Assembly: GCA_964016885.1 (NCBI GenBank)
Contig: OZ024740.1
Location: forward strand, 170,190,001 to 170,254,000
Direction of reading: 5' to 3'
Source of the DNA: Eledone cirrhosa
Taxonomy: Eukaryota
Length of the DNA: 64,000 nt
Shown here: piece by piece, positions 53,068 to 64,000 of the stretch
Layout: the number at the start of each line of letters is the position of its first letter
Position numbering within the stretch: position 1 is the stretch's first letter
Notes under the pieces: generated by a model
The model's database searches: none
What the model was told of the DNA's origin: nothing
Seen by the model: only the letters and a program-made list of their open reading frames with translations
Program-made: the position numbers and the translations under genes

Positions 53068-55836
53068 TTGTTGTCATTAAATGCTCGCAGTTTATGCAAC
53101 AAGATACATCTGTTCGAATCCTACGTCAGAAGCATCGACCCTGACTTCATCACAGTCACGGAAACATGGGCACATTCCTTACTCTGTGATGGGGTTTTCA
53201 CCATTACTGGGTACAACCTTTTCCGCAAGGACCGCATTAACCGCCGTGGTGGTGGTGTGATGGTCTACGTTCGTTCAAACTTTTCGGTAATTCCTTGCGT
53301 TGATTTGAACGAATCACAGGAAGAAGTTTTTTTTCTGTGACATACGTATGACCATGTCAACACTTCTGCTTGGTGTTGTTTATCGCCCCCCAAACTACCA
53401 TCAGGACACACAGCTTTGCGATATCCTCAGAGTTGCTGCCAAGAAAACAGCCACTTATGTGTTTATTGCAGGTGACTTCAATCATCCTGAGATCGATTGG
53501 GAAACCTTTCGTTGGCCACAGGGTGCAAACGATTTCCTTGAACTAGTGCGCTGGACTCAAACTGGTCACAAGTAGTCACCTCTCCAACAAGAGGTGACAA
53601 CACTTTAGACCTGATCTTCACCACTACTCCTGAAGTGGTTATCAGTTGTACTACTGAGGAACCTCTAGGCGACTCTGATCATGCTATGATCATTGCCAAT
53701 CTGGCACTTGAGGGCAGCAACAAAAACCAGGGCCATCTCCAATCTGCTTGCTTTGATTGGAAGAGGGCGGATTGGAACTTGTACTGCACTGAGCTACAGC
53801 GCCCAAACTGGCATGAGATGTATAACTCTGGAGATGTGAACTCTATACTCCAGAGCATCCTGGACTCAATATGGATAGCGTGTGCAGCATCAGTGCCACG
53901 GAAGCGGAAAAATAACCACCCCAAAAGTGCAATCTGGGAAACTTCAGCGGTCCGACTTGCCAGGAAAGAACGTCGGAACGCTGAACGGGAATATAAACTG
54001 CATAGATCAGATGCCAACAGAAAAAAGCGGAATAAATCTTCTAACCATCTCAAGCAAGTGACAAAGAAGGCAGTGCTTGAATTTGAACAGTGCATCGCAA
54101 CCAATCCTGACAGTAAGGTGTTCTGGAAATATGTTCATTCAAAGCAGAGACCTCACTCTCCAGTTGGTCCTCTTCGCAATCCCCACACAAGCCAGATCAC
54201 TGACGATCCCAAGGAATGCGCAGAACTCATTGCTGAGTGCTATGCAAGTATTTTTACTGTTGAAAACCAGAATGTACCATCTCCACCATCTCTAACATCA
54301 AATTCCATAACAACTATGGAATTTACACCTGCAATGTTGCGACGTCACCTTAAGAATAAGCGCAACTATGCCTCCCCTGGTCTTGATGGTGTGACATACC
54401 TGCTTCTCAAACGTGGCGGGGATTCCCTTTTGCGCCAGCTTTCTTTTTTCTTTCAATACTTTCTCAGCAATGGTGCTACTCCGGAGCAGTGGAAAACTGC
54501 CAGTGTCATTCCCCTGTTCAAAAAGGGCAACCGCATGTCACCTGTCAACTATCGTCCAGTCAGTCTTACTAGCTGTATGGCCAAACTGATGGAATCCTGT
54601 GTCAGAGAAACACTTTGGAACTTCTGGAGCTCTCACAGCCTCATCCGGCCCTCACAGTTTGGATTTATCCCTAACTCCAGCTGCTGTGATCAGCTTATCG
54701 AGTTTCTTGAGGACATCACCCGGATCACTGACAGCGGCTCATGGGTGGATGTTGTTTACCTTGACTTTGCTAAGGCTTTTAATTCTGTGCCACACAAAAG
54801 ACTTATGGCAAAACTCTCTGCAATGGGTGTGAGGGATGATCTTTTCGACTGGCTGAAATCCTTCATTCTCAGCCGAAAGGAAGTAGTCACGGTTCTAGGA
54901 CAGCATTCTTCACCATATGAGATGTCATCTGGTGTACCACAGGGATCTGTTCTTGGTCCTCTTTTGTTTGTGGCATATATTAATGACATAGATGCCAACT
55001 TACAGAATGCCACGGTACTAAAATATGCAGATGACATCAAGCTGTACCTTGAAATCAAAAGGACTGATCCTGAAATTTACAACTCTTTCCTACAATCAGA
55101 CCTTGACACAATGCAGCAATGGATCACAGACTGGCAACTGAAGCTGGCTGTGGACAAGTGTACCACCATGCATTTTGGAAGGAAAAATCCAGCGTCCACA
55201 TACTCCCTCCACAACACTGACATCAAAAAGTCCTCTTGTGAATGTGACCTGGGCATTACTGTCAGCAACGATTTGCGTTGGACAAAGCATGTCTCTAAGA
55301 TTGTCAAGAAGGCCGAGGGTGTCTTGGCATCACTCAGCAAGACCTTTGTTAGCCGCTCTCCAGCCATCTATTTAAAACTGTATACAGCTATGGTGCGACC
55401 ACACTTGGAATTCGCATCATCAGTCTGGAACCCCTATCTTGCTCGGAACATTGACCTCCTGGAAACTGTTCAGAGACGTGCAACCAAGCGCATACCCTCC
55501 ATCAGACACCTACCATACTCTGAACGCCTTGCTTCCCTGGGCATGGATTCATTGAAGCTCCGACGTCTGGCAATGGACTTGGTGAATACCCACAAAGTTT
55601 TTAACCATCTCGCCAACTGCAACCCTGAGCGCCTCTTTGATCTCCATGTGTCTAACACACGTGGACATGCCTACAAGATAAGAAAACAGCACAGCTCCCA
55701 TGATTTTCGCAGACATTTTTTCACGCTCAGAGTTGCTGAAGCATGGAACAAACTGCCTGCGTCAATTGTTAGCTGCCGAGACACTGCATCCTTTAAGACA
55801 CTCATGCTTCCCGAAATACGCCAAAACTACACCTGA
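53068..55836 (+). pseudogene. CR1-like ORF2 (APE + RT), two frameshifts in the APE region
   Basis: LNARSL, TETW, VYRPP, GDFN, SDH, NYRPVSLTS, YLDFAKAF, GVPQGSVLGP, YADD, VRPHLE, WNKLP. Frameshifts near 53330 and 53560. Confidence 0.95.
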
Positions 55837-57720
55837 TGTACCCCTTCCATACACATGCACACATGTGTGTATCATGACTCGTGCACTGTTCATTTTACTG
55901 ATGTTTGTGCATTGCCCTATGTACTGTACATGCACTTTTTTGATGAGTTGTGGTGCACCTGGGCACTGTACACAATATTTCATTATTGTTATTGTTATTA
56001 TATCATGACTCATACACTGTTTATTTTCCTGACATTTGTACATTATTCTATGTACTATACATGCACCTTTGATGAGTTGTAGTGCACCTGAGCACTGTAC
56101 ACAATAATTTCATTATCATTATCATACCTGAAAAAAAATGTATGTGATCTTCAACAGAAAAACATTTTTCTTTCCATTTCTTGGTATTCAATCGTACAAA
56201 GAATGATTCAAACTCTGCTTCAAAAAACAACAAAAAATGCTGTCTATTAAACTTCTTGTTAGGCCGCCTAACTTATGCAGTCTACAACGTCAATTGTGGA
56301 ATTTGGAATTTCCGAAACGAATTACCACAGAGATCTGCCTTTTAACTTACATGTTTTACCAATAACTATATAATTCTCTATAATTCTACAAAATACCGGG
56401 ACAACATCGTATGCATATTAGATTCTATATCCTCATATCTTTCTCTAGACATTTATTAAAATCACGTAGAGAAATCTTTCCCCATAACAACATACTTACA
56501 ACGACGTAGGATGTAATATGCACAAATACTGTACAAACACATTTGCACACACATAATACGTCATAAGTGTAAATATAATGGGATTGATGAGTTAGTATCT
56601 GTATACAACAACTACAACAGTACGCGGTGGGGTCCACCCACAGCCCCAGCGGACAGAATGGAGAAGGCGTTTCCCCAGAGGACGGCAAGGGAGACGCGCT
56701 GGAAAAGCCACTCCAACTTGTAGCACCTATAAAATGTTATATTCCCCTTCTTACCAACAACATCAGAGATTATCAAATGCAAACAAGTATCACACTCATC
56801 AAATGAGACATACAACATGGATGATGTGATACGAGGTGTTACATGCAATTTCTACACAACACTTTCCTTATAAGTAGAAGACTTAATAAAGAAATAAAAA
56901 TGACGCATAGATATACAAAAACAACTGTCTACATGTTCTTGTACAAATACCACACAGATACAATTTATATGTATGAGATTGTGTTGAAGGTATGCACAAA
57001 GATAGGTGCAGTGATATCGACATTCCTGACCGACAGATTCTCCAGATGCTATTGTATATCGAAATTTCTTATAAGCTGAAATAAACGGAGTTATCGTCCA
57101 GAATTTGTGTAACTCTTTCACGGTTATCAATCGAATATCGGAGTACAGGACATGTAGATTTCCTACTGCGCGATGCTACATGATAGATCTGAAAGTAAAT
57201 TTTGGGGGTTTTGTTTAGCTACATGTCAGCGTTGATCGGGCAGACATACAATTGACCATATGTAGTCCAGTTGTCAATATCTCCTCCTCTTATTTTAGTC
57301 CAAATATAATGTACCCAGCAGTACATTTTGCAACTAGTTCTTTAATCAGTAATGTATAATATGGAGGTCAAAGCTTTAAGGGAACAATGCTTGGTGAAGT
57401 TCATATGTGTGTAGCTACCACATGATTATTGATTATATACCATATGTGTGTGTGTGTGTATGTGTGTGTGCGAAGTTTCACTTTAATTTTTTGTTTGTAT
57501 ATGATAGTGAAAGTTATTGTGTAGAGTGGTGAGGTGCACTACAACAGTATCGTCTACCAACAAGATTAGTACCCTACATATTATATACACGATATCCTAA
57601 AAATGTGTACACACTTTGATTACCTGTATAGGCAATATCTATTAGAATGGCGATGAAGTGTGTATGTATTATTCGGGGACACCCTATGTGTGTGTGAGTA
57701 TATATATATATATATATATA

Positions 57721-57917
57721 TAACGAGGGAAATGTGGTACGGAACCAGGTGGACCATAACGCACCAAAGTACTCAATACTTAGGGTAGTAGAGTGGGTAA
57801 TAGGAACGAGTAGGACCCCGACGGCTGAGCTCAAGCCGGCTAATTCTGGACTAAAATGTTTAGTCCAGAATTAGCCGTCGAAACGGCTTGAGCTCAGCCG
57901 TCGGGGTCCTACTCGTT

Positions 57918-57921
<4 letters not shown>
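57721..57921. mobile_element. Inverted pair of the truncated HHR element, flanked by (TA)n
   Basis: 57721-57838 is the reverse complement of ~47625-47742; forward copy at 57837-57921. Confidence 0.8.
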
Positions 57922-57959
<38 letters not shown>

Positions 57960-58159
57960 TGGAAGTTTAGTAAAATCGAAGTTTTGGGTGTGGCCAAGCT
58001 AGCGATATACAATTAGGAATGTGCAGCGAAGCACTCGATAAGGTGGTGTCACCTTAGATTAATAACATACGTTAGACAGCTTGACAAATTGAAAATTGCG
58101 GCAGGTAAGCCTAGCCACATAATACGAAAGCAACGAAAAAACCAATTAGGTTATATATA

Positions 58160-58538
58160 TATTGTTGTCCTGGGTATGACATTAAACTGCATCCAGACGC
58201 AAGGATCCAGTTTGGGAGTTCAAGAGTTGTGGGGAATGTGGAGTTACCCCTTAGTTGTTATCACTCCCAGGTCTGCTCTGGCCCGGAGTAGTAGTAGATG
58301 TTAGGGCCCCATTAATGGGTTAAATAATTACCTTATTTGAGTGGCGCTGGTAAGGTATTATCAGCCATTGAAAAGAATCATGGAGAGTGGATTTAACAGC
58401 ACTAGGGTTAGAGCCCCTAACTACACTGCCAAGGAGCAGTCTGGTCGTTATGACTCTGCTGGTTTAGATTCACAGGGAGGGCCAGTGGATGATGGATCAG
58501 CTAACTCTGAGACAAAAAATATTTCGGGAATTTTACCC

Positions 58539-58540
<2 letters not shown>
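58160..58540 (+). mobile_element. Probable SINE-like repeat
   Basis: TGTCCTGGGTATGACATTAAACTGCATC is recalled as a molluscan SINE body motif; not verified. Confidence 0.35.
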
Positions 58541-58594
<54 letters not shown>

Positions 58595-58597
58595 TAT

Positions 58598-58960
58598 AAT
58601 ATGCATAAGGAAAGTATATACTTTCAGACGTTCAATCATCTGGCAGGAAGGTATACGGTGCTGACGATAGCTAATAAGCTTGAAACTAGTACAACGTTCC
58701 TTTGTCAGTGTTGAACAAATGAGCAACGATGGTTGCTAAACACTGTACGGTTTAATTCGGGATGTTTGTTTACAAACACACCGAGCATTATAATAAATGT
58801 TCGGTGAATCCATGCGTACATATATATATGTGTGCATGTATGTATATATATACATACTACTGTGCGTCTGTATACATATATGCATGTACGTATACATACT
58901 TATATTTAAGTAACAGCCGTACTAAGAGTGAGAAATGAAATTTCGTTTCATTTTTTCCGT
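58598..58960 (+). repeat. Dispersed ~0.85 copy of the ~430-bp HHR unit in (TA)n
   Basis: CGGTG-CTGACGA(58661)-TAGCTAATAAGCTT-GAAA(58682)-CTAG-TA-CAACG. Confidence 0.88.
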
Positions 58961-58977
58961 TTATATATATATATATA

Positions 58978-59048
<71 letters not shown>

Positions 59049-59056
59049 CATCGCCG

Positions 59057-59180
<124 letters not shown>

Positions 59181-60099
59181 CTATTTTTGTCTATTATTTC
59201 CGCGTACTTTTAATTTGATAAGTAGCTCTGTTTATTGAGTTATTTAAATTCTTTTGATTATTTTAACTCTTTCGGTCATCAAGCAAAACTTGTTGAGGCG
59301 GAAGTCACACACATACACATATACATATGAATATGTGTGTGTATATTTCATTATATATATATATATACATACATACATACATACATACATACATACATAC
59401 ATACATACATACATAAATATGTGTGTGTATGCGTATGTGAATGTGTGTATATATATACGTAAGCCTATAACGGGGGAGGGGTGGCTGAGTACCTGCTGAC
59501 TAAGTACAGCTTCTAAAACTTATTGTTACCTGTACAAAATCGATAATTTTATAGGGGAAATAACTCTAAATTACATTTTTCTAGTTATTTCCCTTAGCAT
59601 ATAAAACTCAGCTTAAAGCATTATTAGCTAAGCTTCTGTTTGCTTAGTTCAATCATATATTTATGTATCTATTATTTATTCCTTCACCCATCTATGTCAT
59701 ACTCTTTCTATATACGTTGAGTTTCTTCTAGAAAGAACAAAAGAAAACAACAGAATTTTTCAAACACATTACTTTATATAGTTCAAGGAGATCAATCAAT
59801 AGATTATAATCGCTTTAGAATGTAGATTATCATTGAATATTGTAAATCTACAAAACTTCTTGTCTTACGTGCAATGATAATCAAAGGCTCCTCAAATAAT
59901 ACATGACAATATGTTAGACTCTATAAATTATACCATCTTCACACTGGCCTGGATGGATAAAAGGCAAATTTGACCTGGAGATGGTTTGAAAATATAAAAT
60001 AAAGAGCCGAAAGAAATATCTCAGAAACCTTTCGAACGTCAGACAAATATCTGAAGTTCTAACGGTTTTGTCAGTCCACAGTCCTAGCTCAATGGTCAG

Positions 60100-60800
60100 T
60101 ACATACCGAAGGGAGAAGATAGGGCATCTTTGGGGCGATCTAAAACGGTTCTGATAGGTGGTCATTTTCTTTGACCACCGAGCAGATGCCACTCTGCATT
60201 GCAGCGATCCTACTCAGAAGACGAGGCTGAAACCCGCTGCCTTGAGAATAGGCTTCAGGTACGATGGTCGACATTATCGAACGCTTTCAATTGTTGTAAA
60301 TTCATCAGAGCCCCACAGAAGCCATGTTTACACCCCACTCTCTCTATGAGGTTTCGCGTGATTGGGTAGGCCTGCTTTCCTCCACAAGACCGTTGACAAG
60401 CTCCAACCTCGTTGCTAGCACCTTGGCCAGAATCTTAAACTCCGTTCTGAACATATTTATAGGGCGGAAATTATCCATAACGTCTTCTTTATTCTCGTCT
60501 TTCCTCGGCAGCGTTACTGCAACCGATTTACAGAGCTCGGAATACTTTTGTTCTGCTGCCACTTGCAGTAGACAGCTTCGAGGACATCGGGGAACAAGTC
60601 TGACATGTGAACGTAAAGCCAGTGAGGTAGGTCATCCAAACCAGGCGATTGGCGCCACGCACACTGCTTAGGGCTTGCAGTATCTCGGCAACGGTTATCA
60701 GCTTTTCTGCAGAAAGAAGTGGCGAATACTTATCCTTCCGGTGCTGTTGGTGATCACGTGGTTCGACCTCCCTATCTGGTGTTCCTTTAAAAGCCGAGTT
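60100..60800 (-). pseudogene. Decayed Tx1/L1-clade RT fragment
   Basis: VTLPRKD..DNFRPINMFRTEFKILAKVLATRL. Confidence 0.75.
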
Positions 60801-60830
60801 GTGGCATTTATGTTAAAATTGCTAAGGTAA

Positions 60831-61009
<179 letters not shown>

Positions 61010-62198
61010 GTGTGAGTGAATTGTGTTTATTAATATACATTTTATTAAAATGATTATCACAAATGGAATACTTCCTTCGAGTTTGTAATCTAGTTAAGTT
61101 ATGTCCCTTGGATTTATCAATGTTTTTACTGTTCTCGTTCATACATACCATTTTGTCGTCTGCTGTTTATATCAACGGTAAGTAAAGAATACTTTGTTTA
61201 TTTTTATATTTTACTTTAAATACGAGTCAAATTTAAATTTTATTTCGGAATTCTGAAATAATGCTTTACAGTAAAATGCGGCAGAAAGAGACATAATTTT
61301 TGGAGAGATTTAAACTTATACGTAAATTAAAATTGATAATTCAAAATGAAATTTGATCCAAACTGTGTTATAAAAATTATTTTGCTGGCGCTGGAGATCA
61401 AGCCACCCGTGGTTTGGGGGATTTTTTTCTATCAGCAGCCCTCAAACGTCTCAACTCTATTCGGGAATACCGTTGTTAAAATGTTTTATTGTTGCCTTTA
61501 TTTTATTATTGTTAAACCTGTTTGCACGCAAAACCCACCTACACACACCCATATACACGCTATATGCTTTTGTCCTGTATCATCCTGTAAACCATTTGGG
61601 ATGTCGGTGACTACACTTCTCCCCCAAAAAAGCCTTGCTTGGTGAAGAGGGTAGGTGGAACCCCAGCAGAACAAAAAGAAAGCTGTTGAAGAGCGAATGA
61701 ACTCTTTACAGTCAACGATCATCTCATCTACCCCAACTTTGATATAAAGAGCCTGAGCAGGGGCACACAATAGACTGTACCAGCTGCACGCACCGAAAGA
61801 CTGGTGTAGTGTTTCTGAGAACAAAGCGGTTTTGCAGATGATTAATGAAAATTGACAATGGAAAAGGCGCTCCCGCTCGAGTTAGGAGAGAACTATTGAC
61901 CTTCAGAAGCAGCGACATCTGATTGTATTGAGCAACCGAAATAAATATGAAGTACACCAAATCCAACACTGCTAGGAGTGGCGCTGGTTCTTCTTATTTG
62001 TGAGTGCAAACCCAGCCAGATTAGATTAGATTAGATAGTTTTAGTGACACAATTAGGTCACTGCTGTATGGTGATCTGTCTCATATAGGGATAGTTTTAC
62101 GTAAATTTACATCCTTCCGTAGTTCCCAATCCACCAGCCTAGGGATGGTGTCTCGTTAAAAATACCGGGTTGGCAAACTGCCTAAACCCTTTAGGCAC

Positions 62199-63540
62199 AT
62201 GGAAAAAAAACATTTAACCCAGTTCAAAATTATGGAGAGACATAACAATAATTGTAGACAGAGGATTGTGGTGCTGGAAAATACTTAAAAGTCTGAGCCC
62301 ACCCGCCTCAAGAGCAAAGGGCAACACTCCCAAAAAGACAACGTAGAATCGGAAAATCTAAATCTAAGTGGATCCAAGGTGAGAATAAGTTTTTAAGAGA
62401 ATGTTATGTTAGGAGTGATCCACCGAAAAATGGATATATGGAAAGGATGCACAGGTTGTGGCTGGAAAGAGGAATGAGGGAACTTTCTTCCAAAGGCTGG
62501 CTAATAAGATTAGAAACATCAGAACCAAGAACGTATTGTAAAAGTAGAACTAGTAGAGATTCGTGACATAGTCCATGCAGAAGATGGCGCTGGGGTTGAA
62601 TAATGAATAATGAAGTGAACAAAGATCTGGAAAAGGGGGAATCAGCTGACAATTCTGAAGCATTTGCTATTAAAAAAAAACATCGTTGGAGTTGGGGAAG
62701 TCCGAAACACCATGCCATCTCACCAAGCCGAACCGGTGGTGCGACTCGAGAGGTTAGATATTGATAATGAAAATGGTAACATCAGTGTATTAACTGAACA
62801 TGAAAAGAATTTATTAGCAAGGTTAAGTGTTGTCTTTCAGGGTGACTTACCAGCGGCGGTCCAGTCCATAAAAACATCAAATTATTGGTAATGTAAAAGA
62901 CAATGACATTACCGAAACATAATCTACTTACCAGTGCAACATTATTAGATGCCGAGAGACTGGGTGTTAAAGTGCCCACAAAGGGCAAATCACGAAAATT
63001 GGAAGCTCCATTCTTCAAACGTAGAATTGAGAGAAACATCCTTAACTGGCGAACACCTCTTAGTTTCCTGGAAGAAATAAAGAAAGGAAATTATAATCTG
63101 ACCTCTAGCGAAAGAGTGATATTGAACAAACATATTATCTTGACGCTGTAGGCCATATTGATGGGATCAGTCAACTTAAGACAAACATACAATGTGGAAG
63201 TCTGAAAATTTGTAATCCTTAAAACAGCAATTCTATCAAAATAAACTTTTCGATCCAACCTTACTCAGCTTTATAAAGAACTTGATGATAAATGCTAAAC
63301 GTGCTTCTTGATCCAGTTGAGGCAACTGAATTTTGGAACAGCATCGGGGGATAGTTTCTTCTCTAATGGGACAGAGTGGCTTCAAAGAATAAGACATCAA
63401 CTAAACCAGAATGTGAAACAAGATACTATCAGCATTTACTCCAGTGATATCAAACAGTTTGTTAGAGGAATGCAAACTGGGAGGTACCTGGGCCTGAGGA
63501 AGTTGAAACGGAGTGAGGACTGTTCAGCATCGTAGTTTCT
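62199..63540 (+). pseudogene. Decayed N-terminal region of an R4/Dong-like LINE ORF
   Basis: GYMERMHRLW, PFFKRRIERNI..R..LS.L, and QNKLFRSN..LYKEL. Confidence 0.55.
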
Positions 63541-63549
63541 GCTTCAGCT

Positions 63550-64000
63550 GTTAAATACTGTGAACAAAAGCGGCATCATGTGGCGCTGGGTCGCTTGAGA
63601 ACCCATGTTTCAATCAAGTGGTCAAATATACCATCCGAGCAAGGAATGAGGCTTTCGAGCTTGGCTTGGCTTCGAATTAAATCCTCCGTCTTGCACTTGT
63701 GGAACAAGCAGGCGCGAAAAATCGCAGCAGACACAGCAACTAAAGTGTTCTGGCTGATGATCCGCCGACTTCGTAATAAGAAATCCTTCTCCATGCCTGC
63801 TATCAGGAATGCGTCTAGGGCTCTCCTCTCTTCAAAGAGAAGCAGCCTCACGAGATGGAGGGATTACTTTACCGATCTCCTAAATTCAGTCACACAACAT
63901 CTTCTGATGGACACGAGATGCATCTGCGAGTAATGACTAATTTCCCGGAGGTTGAGGTCACAAAAGTAGTTAAAGAGCTAAAATGTGGCAAGGTTACTGG
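63550..64000 (+). pseudogene. RTE-like pre-RT region; continues beyond the window
   Basis: KVFWLMIRRLR, RWRDYFTDLLN, EVTKVVKELKCGKVTG. Confidence 0.65.

Larger units (their letters stand above)
51560..56125 (+). mobile_element. Near full-length CR1-like LINE; 5' boundary approximate
   Basis: ORF1 and ORF2, then a 3' UTR ending in an (ATT/ATC)n tail. Confidence 0.92.

Noticed and set aside
57586-57687. Possible Tc1/mariner-type MITE
   Set aside because: The terminal inverted match is too degenerate to be sure.

Overview
Eukaryotic, AT-rich, microsatellite-dense DNA with no recognisable host gene. The SINE content resembles octopus OK/OR families, so a cephalopod origin is inferred. The window is almost entirely retroelement-derived. 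It contains (i) a head-to-tail train of Tx1/L1-clade LINE copies joined at (GATA)n (1-7159); (ii) Penelope-like elements (RT + GIY-YIG) with pseudo-LTRs; (iii) R4/Dong-like RLE LINE remnants, one sitting inside (CATA)n; (iv) a near-intact CR1-like LINE (51.6-56.1 kb); and (v) SINEs and many decayed LINE fragments. The most notable signal is a dense population of hammerhead-ribozyme (HHR) motifs in several unrelated non-coding repeat families. These include a ~430-bp tandem unit with an HHR, an octamer motif and several palindromes (13.1-15.0 kb, with further copies at 15.9 kb and 58.6 kb), and a 553-bp permuted 1.2-mer (10.9-11.6 kb). Both look like retrozyme or circular-RNA elements. Many inverted duplications are centred on (TA)n. 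All ribozyme calls were made by eye and have not been tested computationally or biochemically.
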